Of a stretch of 64,000 nucleotides of DNA, positions 1 to 16,800 are shown in pieces. The notes below the pieces were generated by a model that had not been told where the DNA came from, searched no databases, and was given only the letters and a program-made list of their open reading frames with translations. The position numbers were made by a program, and so were the translations under genes. This stretch comes from Eledone cirrhosa (taxonomy: Eukaryota): contig OZ024741.1 of NCBI GenBank assembly GCA_964016885.1, positions 374,728,001 to 374,792,000 on the forward strand, given 5' to 3'. How positions within the stretch are numbered: the first letter of the stretch is position 1; every line of letters begins with the position of its first letter.

Positions 1-399
1 CTCTTCTACCACTCTCTAATATATTAACATACATGACATTAAGAGCTATTGCAGCTCTTCTACCACTCTCTAATATATTAACATACATAACATTAAGACC
101 TATTGCAGCTCTTCTACCACTCTCTAATATATTAACATACATAACATTATGACCTATCGCAGCTCTTCTGTCACTCTCTAATATATTAACATACATAACA
201 TTATGACCTATCGCAGCTCTTCTCCCACTCTCTAATATATTAACATACATAACATTAAGACCTATTAACATACATAACATTATGACCTATCGCAGCTCTT
301 CCACCACTCTCTAATATATTAACATACATAACATTATGACCTATCGCAGCTCTTCCACCACTCTCTAATATATTAACATACATAACATTATGACCTATC

Positions 400-2130
400 G
401 CAGCTCTTCTGCCACTCTCTAATATATTAACATACATAACATTATGACCTATCGCAGCTCTTCTACCACTCTCTAATATATTAACATACATAACATTATG
501 ACCTATCGCAGCTCTTCCACCACTCTCAAGTATATTAACATACATAACACTATGACCTATCGCAGCTCTTCTCCCACTCTCTAATATATTAACATACATA
601 ACATTATGACCTATCGCAGCTCTTCTCCCACTCTCTAATATATTAATATACATAACATTATGACCTATCGCAGCTCTTCTCCCACTCTCTAATATATTAA
701 CATACATAACATTATGACCTATTGCAGCTCTTCCACCACTCTCTAACATATTAACATACATAACATTAAGACCTATTGCAGCTCTTCCACCACTCTCTAA
801 TATATTAACATACATAACACTATGACCTATCGCAGCTCTTCTCCCACTCTCTAATATATTAACATACATAACATTATGACCTATCGCAGCTCTTCTGCCA
901 CTCTCTAATATTTTAACATACATAACATTAAGACCTATTGCAGCTCTTCTACCACTCTCTAATATATTAACATACATAACATTATGACCTATTGCAGCTC
1001 TTCTACCACTCTCTAATATATTAACATACATGACATTATGACCTATCGCAGCTCTTCTGCCACTCTCTAATATATTAACATACATGACATTATGAGCTAT
1101 CGCAGCTCTTCTCCCACTCTCTAATATATTAACATACATAACATTATGACCTATCGCAGCTATTCTCCCACTCTCTAATATATTAACATACATAACATTA
1201 TGACCTATCGCAGCTCTTCTGCCACTGTCTAATATATTAACATACATAACATTATGACCTATCGCAGCTCTTCTGCCACTCTCTAATATATTAACATACA
1301 TAACATTATGACCTATCGCAGCTCTTCTACCACTCTCTAATATATTAACATACATAACATTATGACATATCGCAGCTCTTCCACCACTCTCAAGTATATT
1401 AACATACATAACACTATGACCTATCGCAGCTCTTCTGCCACTCTCTAATATATTAACATACATAACATTATGACCTATCGCAGCTCTTCTCCCACTCTCT
1501 AATATATTAACATACATAACATTATGACCTATCGCAGCTCTTCTCCCACTCTCTAATATATTAACATACATAACATTATGACCTATTGCAGCTCTTCCAG
1601 CACTCTCTAACATATTAACATACATAACATTAAGACCTATTGCAGCTCTTCAACCAATCTCTAATATATTAACATACATAACACTATGACCTATCGCAGC
1701 TCTTCTCCCACTCTCTAATATATTAACATACATAACATTATGACCTATCGCAGCTCTTCTGCCACTCTCTAATATTTTAACATACATAACATTAAGACCT
1801 ATTGCAGCTCTTCTACCACTCTCTAATATATTAACATACATAACATTATGACCTATTGCAGCTCTTCTACCACTCTTTAATATATTAACATACATGACAT
1901 TATGACCTATCGCAGCTCTTCTGCCACTCTCTAATATATTACATACATGACATTATGACCTATCGCAGCTCTTCTCCCACTCTCTAATATATTAACATAC
2001 ATAACATTATGACCTATCGCAGCTATTCTCCCACTCTCTAATATATTAACATACATAACATTATGACCTATCGCAGCTCTTCTGCCACTCTCTAATATAT
2101 TAACATACATAACATTATGACCTATCGCAG
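400..2130. repeat. Diverged higher-order duplication, period 864 bp (16 monomers); ends approximate
   Basis: Rare variants recur at +864: CTCAAGTAT (527/1391), CTAACATATT (747/1611), ATATTTTAAC (912/1776). GCTATTCTC recurs at +863 (1162/2025) after a 1-bp deletion near 1941. Confidence 0.8.
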
Positions 2131-2309
2131 CTCTTCTGCAACTCTCTAATATATTAACATACATAACATTAAGACCTATTGCAGCTCTTCCACCACTCTC
2201 TAATATATTAGCATACATAACATTATGACCTATCGCAGCTCTTCTACCACTCTCTAATATATTAACATACATAACATTATGACCTATCGCAGCTGTTCTG
2301 CCACTCTCT

Positions 2310-5300
2310 AATATATTAACATACATAACATTATGACCTATCGTAGCTCTTCTGCCACTCTCTAATATATTAACATACATAACATTAAGACCTATTGCAG
2401 TCCTTCCACCCCTCTCTAATATATTAGCATACATAACATTATGACCTATCGCAGCTCTTCTACCACTCTCTAATATATTAACATACATAACAATATGACC
2501 TATCGCAGCTCATCTGCCACTCTCTAATATATTAACATACATAACATTATGACCTATCGCAGCTCTTCTGCCACTCTCTAATATATTAACATACATAACA
2601 TTATGACCTATCGCAGCTCTTCTGCCACTCTCTAATATATTAACATACATAACATTAAGACCTATTGCAGTCCTTCCACCCCTCTCTAATATATTAGCAT
2701 ACATAACATTATGACCTATCGCAGCTCTTCTACCACTCTCTAATATATTAACATACATAACAATATGACCTATCGCAGCTCATCTGCCACTCTCTAATAT
2801 ATTAACATACATAACATTATGACCTATTGCAGCTCTTCCATCACTCTCTAATATATTAGTACACATAACATTATGACCTATCGCAGCTCTTCTACCACTC
2901 TCTAATATATTAACATACATAACATTATGACCTATCGCAGCTCTTCCACCACTCTCTAATATATTAACATACATAACATTAAGACCTATTGCAGCTCTTC
3001 CACCACTCTCTGATATATTAGCATACATAACATTATGACCTATCGCAGCTCTTCTACCACTCTCTAATATATTAACATACATATCATTATGACCTATCGC
3101 AACTCTTCTGCCACTCCCTAATATATTAACATACATAACATTAAGACCTATTGCAGCTCTTCCACCACTCTCTAATATAGTAGCATACATAACATCATGA
3201 CCTATCGCAGCTCTTCTGCTACTCTCTAATATATTAACATACATAACATTATGACCTATCGCAGCTCTTCTGCCACTCTCTAATATATTAACATACATAA
3301 CATTATGACCTATCGCAGCTCTTCTGCCACTCTCTAATATATTAACATACATAACATTATGACCTATCGCAGCTCTTCTACCACTCTCTAATATATTAAC
3401 ATACATAACATTAAGACCTATTGCAGCTCTTCCACCACTCTCTAATATATTAACATAAATAACATTAAGACCTATTGCAGTTCTTCCACCACTCTCTAAT
3501 ATATTAACATACATAACACTATGACCTATCGCAGCTCTTCTCCCACTCTCTCATATATTAACATACATAACATTATGACCTATCGCAGCTCTTCTCCCAC
3601 TCTCTAATATATTAACATACATAACATTATGACCTATCGCAGCTCTTCTGCCACTCTCTAAAATGTTAACATACGTAACATTAAGACATATTGCAGCTCT
3701 TCCACCACTCTCTAATATATTAACATACATAACATTAAGACCTATTGCAGCTCTTCCACCACTCTCTAATATATTAACATACATAACACTATGACCTATC
3801 GCAGCTCTTCTGCCATTCTCTAATATATTAACATACATAACATTATGACCTATCGCAGCTCTTGTGCCACTCTCTAATATATTAACATACATAACATTAA
3901 GACCTATTGCAGCTCTTCCACCACTCTCTAATATATTAGCATACATAACATTATGACCTATCGCAGCTCTTCTACCACTCTCTAATATATTAACATACAT
4001 AACATTATGACCTATTGCAGCTCTTCTGCCACTCTCTAATATATTAACATACATAACATTATGACCTATCGCAGCTCTTCTGACACTCTCTAATATATTA
4101 ACATACATAACATTAAGACCTATTGCAGCTCTTCCACCACTCTCTAATATATTAGCATACATAACATTATGACCTATCGCAGCTCTTCTACCACTCTCTA
4201 ATATATTAACATACATAACATTATGACCTATCGCAGCTCTTCTACCACTCTCTAATATATTAACATACATAACATTATGACCTATCGCAGCTCTTCCACC
4301 ACTCTCTAATATATTAGCATACATAACATTAAGACCTATTGCAGCTCTTCCACCACTCTCTAATATATTAGCATACATAACATTATGACCTATCGCAGCT
4401 CTTCTGCCACTCTCTAATATATTAACATACATAACATTAAGATCTATTGCAGCTCTTCCACCACTCTCTAATATATTAGCATACATAACATTATGACCTA
4501 TCGCAGCTCTTCTACCACTCTCTAATATATTAACATACATAACATTATGACCTATCGCAGCTCTTCTGCCACTCTCTAATATATTAACATACATAACATT
4601 AAGACCTATTGCAGCTCTTCCACCACTCTCTAATATATTAGCATACATAACATCATGACCTATCGCAGCTCTTCTGCCACTCTCTAATATATTAACATAC
4701 ATAACATTATGACCTATCGCAGCTCTTCTCCCACTCTCTAATATATTAACATACATAAAATTATGACCTATCGCAGCTCTTCTGCCACTCTCTGATATAT
4801 TAACATACATAACATTATGACCTATCGCAGCTCTTCCACCACTCTCTAATATATTAAAATACATGACATTATGACCTATCGACAGCTCTTCCACCACTCT
4901 CTAATATATTAAAATACATAACATTATGACCTATCGCAGCTCTTCTACCGCTCTCTAATATATTAGCATACATAACATTATGACCTATCGCATATCTTCT
5001 ACCACTCTCTAATATATTAACATACATGACATTATGACCTATCGCAGCTCTGCCACCACTCTCTAATATATTAACATACATAACATTATGACCTATCGCA
5101 GCTCTTCCACCACTCTCTAATATATTAAAATACATGACATTATGACCTATCGCAGCTCTTCTACCACTCTCTAATATATTAACATACATCACATTATGAC
5201 CTCTCGCAGCTCTTCTGCCACTCTCTAATATATTAACATACATAACATTATGACCTATCGCAGCTCTTCTACCACTCTCTAATATATTAACATACATCAC

Positions 5301-8300
5301 ATTATGACCTATCGTAGCTCTTCCACCACTCTCTAGTATATTATCATACATAACATTATGACCTATCGCAGCTCTTCCACCACTCTCTAATATATTAACA
5401 TACATAACATTATGACCTATCGCAGCTCTTCCACCACTCTCTAATATATTAACATACATCACATTATGACCTATCGCAGTTCTTCTACCATTCTCTAATA
5501 TATTAACATACATAACATTTTGACCTATCGCAGCTCTTCCACCACTCTCTAATATATTAACATACATAACATATGACCTATCGCAGCTCTTCCACCACTC
5601 TCTAATATATTAACATACATAACATTAAGACCTATTGCAGCTCTTCTACCACTCTCTAATATATTAACATACATAACATTATGACCTATCGCAGCTCTTC
5701 TGCCACTCTCTAATATATTAACATACATAACATTAAGACCTATTGCAGTCCTTCCACCCCTCTCTAATATATTAACATACATAACATTAAGACATATTGC
5801 AGCTCTTCCACCACTCTCTAATATATTAACATACATAACATTAAGACCTATTGCAGCTCTTCCACCACTCTCTAATATATTAACATACATAACACTATGA
5901 CCTATCGCAGCTCTTCTGCCATTCTCTAATATATTAACATACATAACATTATGACCTATCGCAGCTCTTGTGCCACTCTCTAATATATTAACATACATAA
6001 CATTAAACCTATTGCAGCTCTTCCACCACTCTCTAATATATTAGCATACATAACATTATGACCTATCGCAGCTCTTCTACCACTCTCTAATATATTAACA
6101 TACATAACATTATGACCTATCGCAGCTCTTCTGCCACTCTCTAATATATTAACATACATAACATTATGACCTATCGCAGCTCTTCTGACACTCTCTAATA
6201 TATTAACATACATAACATTAAGACCTATTGCAGCTCTTCCACCACTCTCTAATATATTAGCATACATAACATTATGACCTATCGCAGCTCTTCTACCACT
6301 CTCTAATATATTAACATACATAACATTATGACCTTTTGCAGCTCTTCTACCACTCTCTAATATATTAACATACATAACATTATGACCTATCGCAGCTCTT
6401 CCACCACTCTCTAATATATTAGCATACATAACATTAAGACCTATTGCAGCTCTTCCACCACTCTCTAATATATTAGCATACATAACATTATGACCTATCG
6501 CAGCTCTTCTGCCACTCTCTAATATATTAACATACATAACATTAAGACCTATTGCAGCTCTTCCACCACTCTCTAATATATTAGCATACATAACATTATG
6601 ACCTATCGCAGCTCTTCTACCACTCTCTAATATATTAACATACATAACATTATGACCTATCGCAGCTCTTCTGCCACTCTCTAATATATTAACATACATA
6701 ACATTAAGACCTATTGCAGCTCTTCCACCACTCTCTAATATATTAGCATACATAACATCATGACCTATCGCAGCTCTTCTGCCACTCTCTAATATATTAA
6801 CATACATAACATTATGACCTATCGCAGCTCTTCTACCACTCTCTAATATATTAACATACATAACATTATGACCTATCGCAGCTCTTCTGCCACTCTCTAA
6901 TATATTAACATACATAACATTAAGACCTATCGCAGCTCTTCTGCCACTCTCTGATATATTAACATACATAACATTATGACCTATCGCAGCTCTTCTCCCA
7001 CTCTCTAATATATTAACATACATAACATTATGACCTATCGCAGCTCTTCTGCCACTCTCTAATATTTTAACATACATAACATTAAGACCTATTGCAGCTC
7101 TTCTACCACTCTCTAATATATTAACATACATAACATTATGACCTATTGCAGCTCTTCTACCACTCTTTAATATATTAACATACATAACATTATGACCTAT
7201 CGTAGCTCTTCTGCCACTCTCTAATATATTAACATACATAACATTAAGACCTATTGCAGTCCTTCCACCCCTCTCTAATATATTAGCATACATAACATTA
7301 TGACCTATCGCAGCTCTTCTACCACTCTCTAATATATTAACATACATAACAATATGACCTATCGCAGCTCATCTGCCACTCTCTAATATATTAACATACA
7401 TAACATTATGACCTATCGCAGCTCTTCTGCCACTCTCTAATATATTAACATACATAACATTATGACCTATCGCAGCTCTTCTGCCACTCTCTAATATATT
7501 AACATACATAACATTAAGACCTATTGCAGTCCTTCCACCCCTCTCTAATATATTAGCATACATAACATTATGACCTATCGCAGCTCTTCTACCACTCTCT
7601 AATATATTAACATACATAACAATATGACCTATCGCAGCTCATCTGCCACTCTCTAATATATTAACATACATAACATTATGACCTATTGCAGCTCTTCCAT
7701 CACTCTCTAATATATTAGTACACATAACATTATGACCTATCGCAGCTCTTCTACCACTCTCTAATATATTAACATACATAACATTATGACCTATCGCAGC
7801 TCTTCCACCACTCTCTAATATATTAACATACATAACATTAAGACCTATTGCAGCTCTTCCACCACTCTCTGATATATTAGCATACATAACATTATGACCT
7901 ATCGCAGCTCTTCTACCACTCTCTAATATATTAACATACATATCATTATGACCTATCGCAACTCTTCTGCCACTCCCTAATATATTAACATACATAACAT
8001 TAAGACCTATTGCAGCTCTTCCACCACTCTCTAATATAGTAGCATACATAACATCATGACCTATCGCAGCTCTTCTGCTACTCTCTAATATATTAACATA
8101 CATAACATTATGACCTATCGCAGCTCTTCTGCCACTCTCTAATATATTAACATACATAACATTATGACCTATCGCAGCTCTTCTGCCACTCTCTAATATA
8201 TTAACATACATAACATTATGACCTATCGCAGCTCTTCTACCACTCTCTAATATATTAACATACATAACATTAAGACCTATTGCAGCTCTTTCACCACTCT

Positions 8301-11300
8301 CTAATATATTAACATAAATAACATTAAGACCTATTGCAGTTCTTCCACCACTCTCTAATATATTAACATACATAACACTATGACCTATCGCAGCTCTTCT
8401 CCCACTCTCTCATATATTAACATACATAACATTATGACCTATCGCAGCTCTTCTCCCACTCTCTAATATATTAACATACATAACATTATGACCTATCGCA
8501 GCTCTTCTGCCACTCTCTAAAATGTTAACATACGTAACATTAAGACATATTGCAGCTCTTCCACCACTCTCTAATATATTAACATACATAACATTAAGAC
8601 CTATTGCAGCTCTTCCACCACTCTCTAATATATTAACATACATAACACTATGACCTATCGCAGCTCTTCTGCCATTCTCTAATATATTAACATACATAAC
8701 ATTATGACCTATCGCAGCTCTTGTGCCACTCTCTAATATATTAACATACATAACATTAAGACCTATTGCAGCTCTTCCACCACTCTCTAATATATTAGCA
8801 TACATAACATTATGACCTATCGCAGCTCTTCTACCACTCTCTAATATATTAACATACATAACATTATGACCTATTGCAGCTCTTCTGCCACTCTCTAATA
8901 TATTAACATACATAACATTATGACCTATCGCAGCTCTTCTGACACTCTCTAATATATTAACATACATAACATTAAGACCTATTGCAGCTCTTCCACCACT
9001 CTCTAATATATTAGCATACATAACATTATGACCTATCGCAGCTCTTCTACCACTCTCTAATATATTAACATACATAACATTATGACCTATCGCAGCTCTT
9101 CTACCACTCTCTAATATATTAACATACATAACATTATGACCTATCGCAGCTCTTCCACCACTCTCTAATATATTAGCATACATAACATTAAGACCTATTG
9201 CAGCTCTTCCACCACTCTCTAATATATTAGCATACATAACATTATGACCTATCGCAGCTCTTCTGCCACTCTCTAATATATTAACATACATAACATTAAG
9301 ATCTATTGCAGCTCTTCCACCACTCTCTAATATATTAGCATACATAACATTATGACCTATCGCAGCTCTTCTACCACTCTCTAATATATTAACATACATA
9401 ACATTATGACCTATCGCAGCTCTTCTGCCACTCTCTAATATATTAACATACATAACATTAAGACCTATTGCAGCTCTTCCACCACTCTCTAATATATTAG
9501 CATACATAACATCATGACCTATCGCAGCTCTTCTGCCACTCTCTAATATATTAACATACATAACATTATGACCTATCGCAGCTCTTCTCCCACTCTCTAA
9601 TATATTAACATACATAAAATTATGACCTATCGCAGCTCTTCTGCCACTCTCTGATATATTAACATACATAACATTATGACCTATCGCAGCTCTTCCACCA
9701 CTCTCTAATATATTAAAATACATGACATTATGACCTATCGACAGCTCTTCCACCACTCTCTAATATATTAAAATACATAACATTATGACCTATCGCAGCT
9801 CTTCTACCGCTCTCTAATATATTAGCATACATAACATTATGACCTATCGCATCTCTTCTACCACTCTCTAATATATTAACATACATGACATTATGACCTA
9901 TCGCAGCTCTGCCACCACTCTCTAATATATTAACATACATAACATTATGACCTATCGCAGCTCTTCCACCACTCTCTAATATATTAAAATACATGACATT
10001 ATGACCTATCGCAGCTCTTCTACCACTCTCTAATATATTAACATACATCACATTATGACCTCTCGCAGCTCTTCTGCCACTCTCTAATATATTAACATAC
10101 ATAACATTATGACCTATCGCAGCTCTTCTACCACTCTCTAATATATTAACATACATCACATTATGACCTATCGTAGCTCTTCCACCACTCTCTAGTATAT
10201 TATCATACATAACATTATGACCTATCGCAGCTCTTCCACCACTCTCTAATATATTAACATACATAACATTATGACCTATCGCAGCTCTTCCACCACTCTC
10301 TAATATATTAACATACATCACATTATGACCTATCGCAGTTCTTCTACCATTCTCTAATATATTAACATACATAACATTTTGACCTATCGCAGCTCTTCCA
10401 CCACTCTCTAATATATTAACATACATAACATATGACCTATCGCAGCTCTTCCACCACTCTCTAATATATTAACATACATAACATTAAGACCTATTGCAGC
10501 TCTTCTACCACTCTCTAATATATTAACATACATAACATTATGACCTATCGCAGCTCTTCTGCCACTCTCTAATATATTAACATACATAACATTAAGACCT
10601 ATTGCAGTCCTTCCACCCCTCTCTAATATATTAACATACATAACATTAAGACATATTGCAGCTCTTCCACCACTCTCTAATATATTAACATACATAACAT
10701 TAAGACCTATTGCAGCTCTTCCACCACTCTCTAATATATTAACATACATAACACTATGACCTATCGCAGCTCTTCTGCCATTCTCTAATATATTAACATA
10801 CATAACATTATGACCTATCGCAGCTCTTGTGCCACTCTCTAATATATTAACATACATAACATTAAACCTATTGCAGCTCTTCCACCACTCTCTAATATAT
10901 TAGCATACATAACATTATGACCTATCGCAGCTCTTCTACCACTCTCTAATATATTAACATACATAACATTATGACCTATCGCAGCTCTTCTGCCACTCTC
11001 TAATATATTAACATACATAACATTATGACCTATCGCAGCTCTTCTGACACTCTCTAATATATTAACATACATAACATTAAGACCTATTGCAGCTCTTCCA
11101 CCACTCTCTAATATATTAGCATACATAACATTATGACCTATCGCAGCTCTTCTACCACTCTCTAATATATTAACATACATAACATTATGACCTTTTGCAG
11201 CTCTTCTACCACTCTCTAATATATTAACATACATAACATTATGACCTATCGCAGCTCTTCCACCACTCTCTAATATATTAGCATACATAACATTAAGACC

Positions 11301-11693
11301 TATTGCAGCTCTTCCACCACTCTCTAATATATTAGCATACATAACATTATGACCTATCGCAGCTCTTCTGCCACTCTCTAATATATTAACATACATAACA
11401 TTAAGACCTATTGCAGCTCTTCCACCACTCTCTAATATATTAGCATACATAACATTATGACCTATCGCAGCTCTTCTACCACTCTCTAATATATTAACAT
11501 ACATAACATTATGACCTATCGCAGCTCTTCTGCCACTCTCTAATATATTAACATACATAACATTAAGACCTATTGCAGCTCTTCCACCACTCTCTAATAT
11601 ATTAGCATACATAACATCATGACCTATCGCAGCTCTTCTGCCACTCTCTAATATATTAACATACATAACATTATGACCTATCGCAGCTCTTCT
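2310..11693. repeat. Near-identical higher-order duplication, period 4859 bp (90 monomers minus 1 bp); shared block ~2310-6834 vs ~7169-11693
   Basis: ORF-track breakpoints repeat at +4859 (2510/7369, 2780/7639, 3551/8410, 4869/9728, 5549/10408, 5980/10839). The first five pairs have the same length and nearly identical translations. Few differences were seen, e.g. GCATATCTT at ~4990 vs GCATCTCTT at ~9849. Confidence 0.93.
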
Positions 11694-13869
11694 CCCACTC
11701 TCTAATATATTAACATACATAAAATTATGACCTATCGCAGCTCTTCTGCCACTCTCTGATATATTAACATACATAACATTATGACCTATCGCAGCTCTTC
11801 CACCACTCTCTAATATATTAAAATACATGACATTATGACCTATCGACAGCTCTTCCACCACTCTCTAATATATTAAAATACATAACATTATGACCTATCG
11901 CAGCTCTTCTACCGCTCTCTAATATATTAGCATACATAACATTATGACCTATCGCATCTCTTCTACCACTCTCTAATATATTAACATACATGACATTATG
12001 ACCTATCGCAGCTCTGCCACCACTCTCTAATATATTAACATACATAACATTATGACCTATCGCAGCTCTTCCACCACTCTCTAACATATTAAAATACATG
12101 ACATTATGACCTATCGCAGCTCTTCTACCACTCTCTAATATATTAACATACATCACATTATGACCTATCGCAGCTCTTCTGCCACTCTCTAATATATTAA
12201 CATACATAACATTATGACCTATCGCAGCTCTTCTACCACTCTCTAATATATTAACATACATCACATTATGACCTATCGCAGCTCTTCCACCACTCTCTAA
12301 TATATTATCATACATAACATTATGACCTATCGCAGCTCTTCCACCACTCTCTAATATATTAACATACATAACATTATGACCTATCGCAGCTCTTCCACCA
12401 CTCTCTAATATATTAACATACATCACATTATGACCTATCGCAGCTCTTCTACCATTCTCTAATATATTAACATACATAACATTATGACCTATCGCAGCTA
12501 TTCTCCCACTCTCTAATATATTAACATACATAACATTATGACCTATCGCAGCTCTTCTGCCACTCTCTAATATATTAACATACATAACATTAAGACCTAT
12601 TGCAGCTCTTCTACCACTCTCTAATATATTAACATACATAACATTATGAACTATCGCAGCTTTTCTGCCACTCTCTAATATATTAACATACATAACATTA
12701 TGACCTATTGCAGCTCTTCTCCCACTCTCTAATATATTAACATACATGACATTAAGAGCTATTGCAGCTCTTCTACCACTCTCTAATATATTAACATACA
12801 TAACATTAAGACCTATTGCAGCTCTTCTCCCACTCTCTAATATATTAACATACATAACATTAAGACCTATTGCAGCTCTTCTACCACTCTATAATATATT
12901 AACATACATAACGTTAAGACCTATTGCAGCTCTTCTGCCACTCTCTAATATATTAACATACATAACATTAAGACCTATTGCAGCTCTTCCACCACTCTCT
13001 AATATATTAACATACATAACATTAAGACCTATTGCAGCTCTTCCACCACTCTCTAATATATTAACATACATAACTTTAAGACCTATTGCAGCTCTTCTGC
13101 CACTCTCTAATATATTAACATACATAACATTAAGACCTATTGCAGCTCTTCCACCACTCTCTAATATATTAACATACATCACATTAAGACCTATTGCAGC
13201 TCTTGCACCACTCTCTAATATAGTAACATACATAACAATATGACCTATCGCAGCTCTTCTCCCACTCTCTAATATATTAACATACATAACATTATGATCT
13301 ATCGCAGCTCTTCTCCCACTCTCTAATATATTAACATACATAACACTATGACCTATCGCAGCTCTTCTCCCACTCTCTAATATATTAACATACATAACAT
13401 TATGACCTATCGCAGCTCTTCTCCCACTCTCTAATATATTAACATACATAACATTATAACCTATCGCAGCTCTTCTCCCACTCTCTAATATATTAACATA
13501 CATAACATTATGACCTATCGCAGCTCTTCCACCACTCTCTAATATATTAACATACATAACATTAAGACCTATCGCAGCTCTTCTGCCACTCTCTAATATA
13601 TTAACATACATAACATTAAGACCTATTGCAGCTCTTCCACCACTCTCTAATATATTAACATACATAACATTAAGACCTATTGCAGCTCTTCCACCACTCT
13701 CTAATATATTAACATACATAACACTATGACATATCGCAGCTCTTCCACCACTCTCTAATATATTAACATACATAATATTAAGACCTATTGCAGCTCTTCC
13801 ACCACTCTCTAATATATTAGTATACATAACATTATGACCTATCGCAGCTCTTCTACCACTCTCTAATAT

Positions 13870-16800
13870 ATTAACATACATAACATTATGACCTATCGCA
13901 GCTCTTCCACCACTCTCTAATATATTAGCATACATAACATTAAGACCTATTGCAGCTCTTCCACCACTCTCTAATATATTAGCATACATAACATTATGAC
14001 CTATCGCAGCTCTTCCACCACTCTCTAATATATTAAAATACATAACATTATGACCTATCGCAGCTCTTCTACCGCTCTCTAATATATTAGCATACATAAC
14101 ATTATGACCTATCGCAGCTCTTCTACCACTCTCTAATATATTAACATACATAACATTAAGACCTATTGCAGCTCTTCCACCACTCTCTAATATATTAGTA
14201 TACATAACATTATGACCTATCGCAGCTCTTCTACCACTCTCTAATATATTAACATACATAACATTATGACCTATCGCAGCTCTTCCACCACTCTCTAATA
14301 TATTAGCATACATAACATTAAGACCTATTGCAGCTCTTCCACCACTCTCTAATATATTAGCATACATAACATTATGACCTATCGCAGCTCTTCCACCACT
14401 CTCTAATATATTAAAATACATAACATTATGACCTATCGCAGCTCTTCTCCCACTCTCTAATATATTAACATACATAACATTATGACCTATCGCAGCTCTT
14501 CTGCCACTCTCTAATATATTAACATACATAACATTAAGACCTATTGCAGCTCTTCCACCACTCTCTAATATATTAACATACATAACATTAAGACCTATTG
14601 CAGCTCTTCCACCACTCTCTAATATATTAACATACATAACACTATGACCTATCGCAGCTCTTCTACCACTCTCTAATATATTAACATACATCACATTATG
14701 ACCTATCGCAGCTCTTCTGCCACTCTCTAATATATTAACATACATAACATTATGACCTATCGCAGCTCTTCTACCACTCTCTAATATATTAACATACATC
14801 ACATTATGACCTATCGCAGCTCTTCCACCACTCTCTAATATATTATCATACATAACATTATGACCTATCGCAGCTCTTCCACCACTCTCTAATATATTAA
14901 CATACATGACATTAAGAGCTATTGCAGCTCTTCTACCACTCTCTAATATATTAACATACATAATATTAAGACCTATTGCAGCTCTTCTACCACTCTCTAA
15001 TATATTAACATACATAACATTATGACCTATCGCAGCTCTTCTGTCACTCTCTAATATATTAACATACATAACATTATGACCTATCGCAGCTCTTCTCCCA
15101 CTCTCTAATATATTAACATACATAACATTAAGACCTATTGCAGCTCTTCTACCACTCTCTAATATATTAACATACATAACATTAAGACCTATTGCAGCTC
15201 TTCTGCCACTCTCTAATATATTAACATACATAACATTAAGACCTATTGCAGCTCTTCCGCCACTCTCTAATATATTAACATACATAACATTAAGAACTAT
15301 TGCAGCTCTTCCGCCACTCTCTAATATATTAACATACATAACATTAAGACCTATTGCAGCTCTTCCACCACTCTCTAATATATTAACATACATAACACTA
15401 TGACCTAATGCAGCTCTTCTCCCACTCTCTAATATATTAACATACATAACATTATGACCTATCGCAGCTCTTCTCCCACTCTCTAATATATTAACATACA
15501 TAACACTATGACCTATCGCAGCTCTTCTCCCACTCTCTAATATATTAACATACATAACATTATGACCTATCGCCGCTCTTCTGCCACTCTCTAATATATT
15601 AACATACATAACATTAAGACCTATTGCAGCTCTTCTACCACTCTATAATATATTAACATACATAACATTAAGACCTATTGCAGCTCTTCTACCACTCTCT
15701 AATATATTAACATACATAACATTATGACCTATCTCAGCTCTTCTACCACTCTCTAATATATTAACATACATAACATTAAGACCTATTGCAGCTCTTCTGC
15801 CACTCTCTAATATATTAACATACATAACATTAAGACCTATTGCAGCTCTTCCACCGCTCTCTAATATATTAACATACATAACATTAAGACCTATTGCAGC
15901 TCTTCCATCACTCTCTAATATATTAACATACATAACACTATGACCTATCGCAGCTCTTCTCCCACTCTCTAATATATTAACATACATAACATTATGATCT
16001 ATCGCAGCTCTTCTCCCACTCTCTAATATATTAACATACATAACACTATGACCTATCGCAGCTCTTCTCCTACTCTCTAATATATTAACATACATAACAT
16101 TATGACCTATCGCAGCTCTTCTCCCACTCTCTAATATATTAACATACATAACATTATGACCTATCGCAGCTCTTCCACCACTCTCTAATATATTAGCATA
16201 CATAACATTAAGACCTATTGCAGCTCTTCCACCACTCTCTAATATATTAGCATACATAACATTATGACCTATCGCAGCTCTTCCACCACTCTCTAATATA
16301 TTAAAATACATAACATTATGACCTATCGCAGCTCTTCTACCGCTCTCTAATATATTAGCATACATAACATTATGACCTATCGCAGCTCTTCTACCACTCT
16401 CTAATATATTAACATACATAACATTAAGACCTATTGCAGCTCTTCCACCACTCTCTAATATATTAGTATACATAACATTATGACCTATCGCAGCTCTTCT
16501 ACCACTCTCTAATATATTAACATACATAACATTATGACCTATCGCAGCTCTTCCACCACTCTCTAATATATTAGCATACATAACATTAAGACCTATTGCA
16601 GCTCTTCCACCACTCTCTAATATATTAGCATACATAACATTATGACCTATCGCAGCTCTTCCACCACTCTCTAATATATTAAAATACATAACATTATGAC
16701 CTATCGCAGCTCTTCTCCCACTCTCTAATATATTAACATACATAACATTATGACCTATCGCAGCTCTTCTGCCACTCTCTAATATATTAACATACATAAC

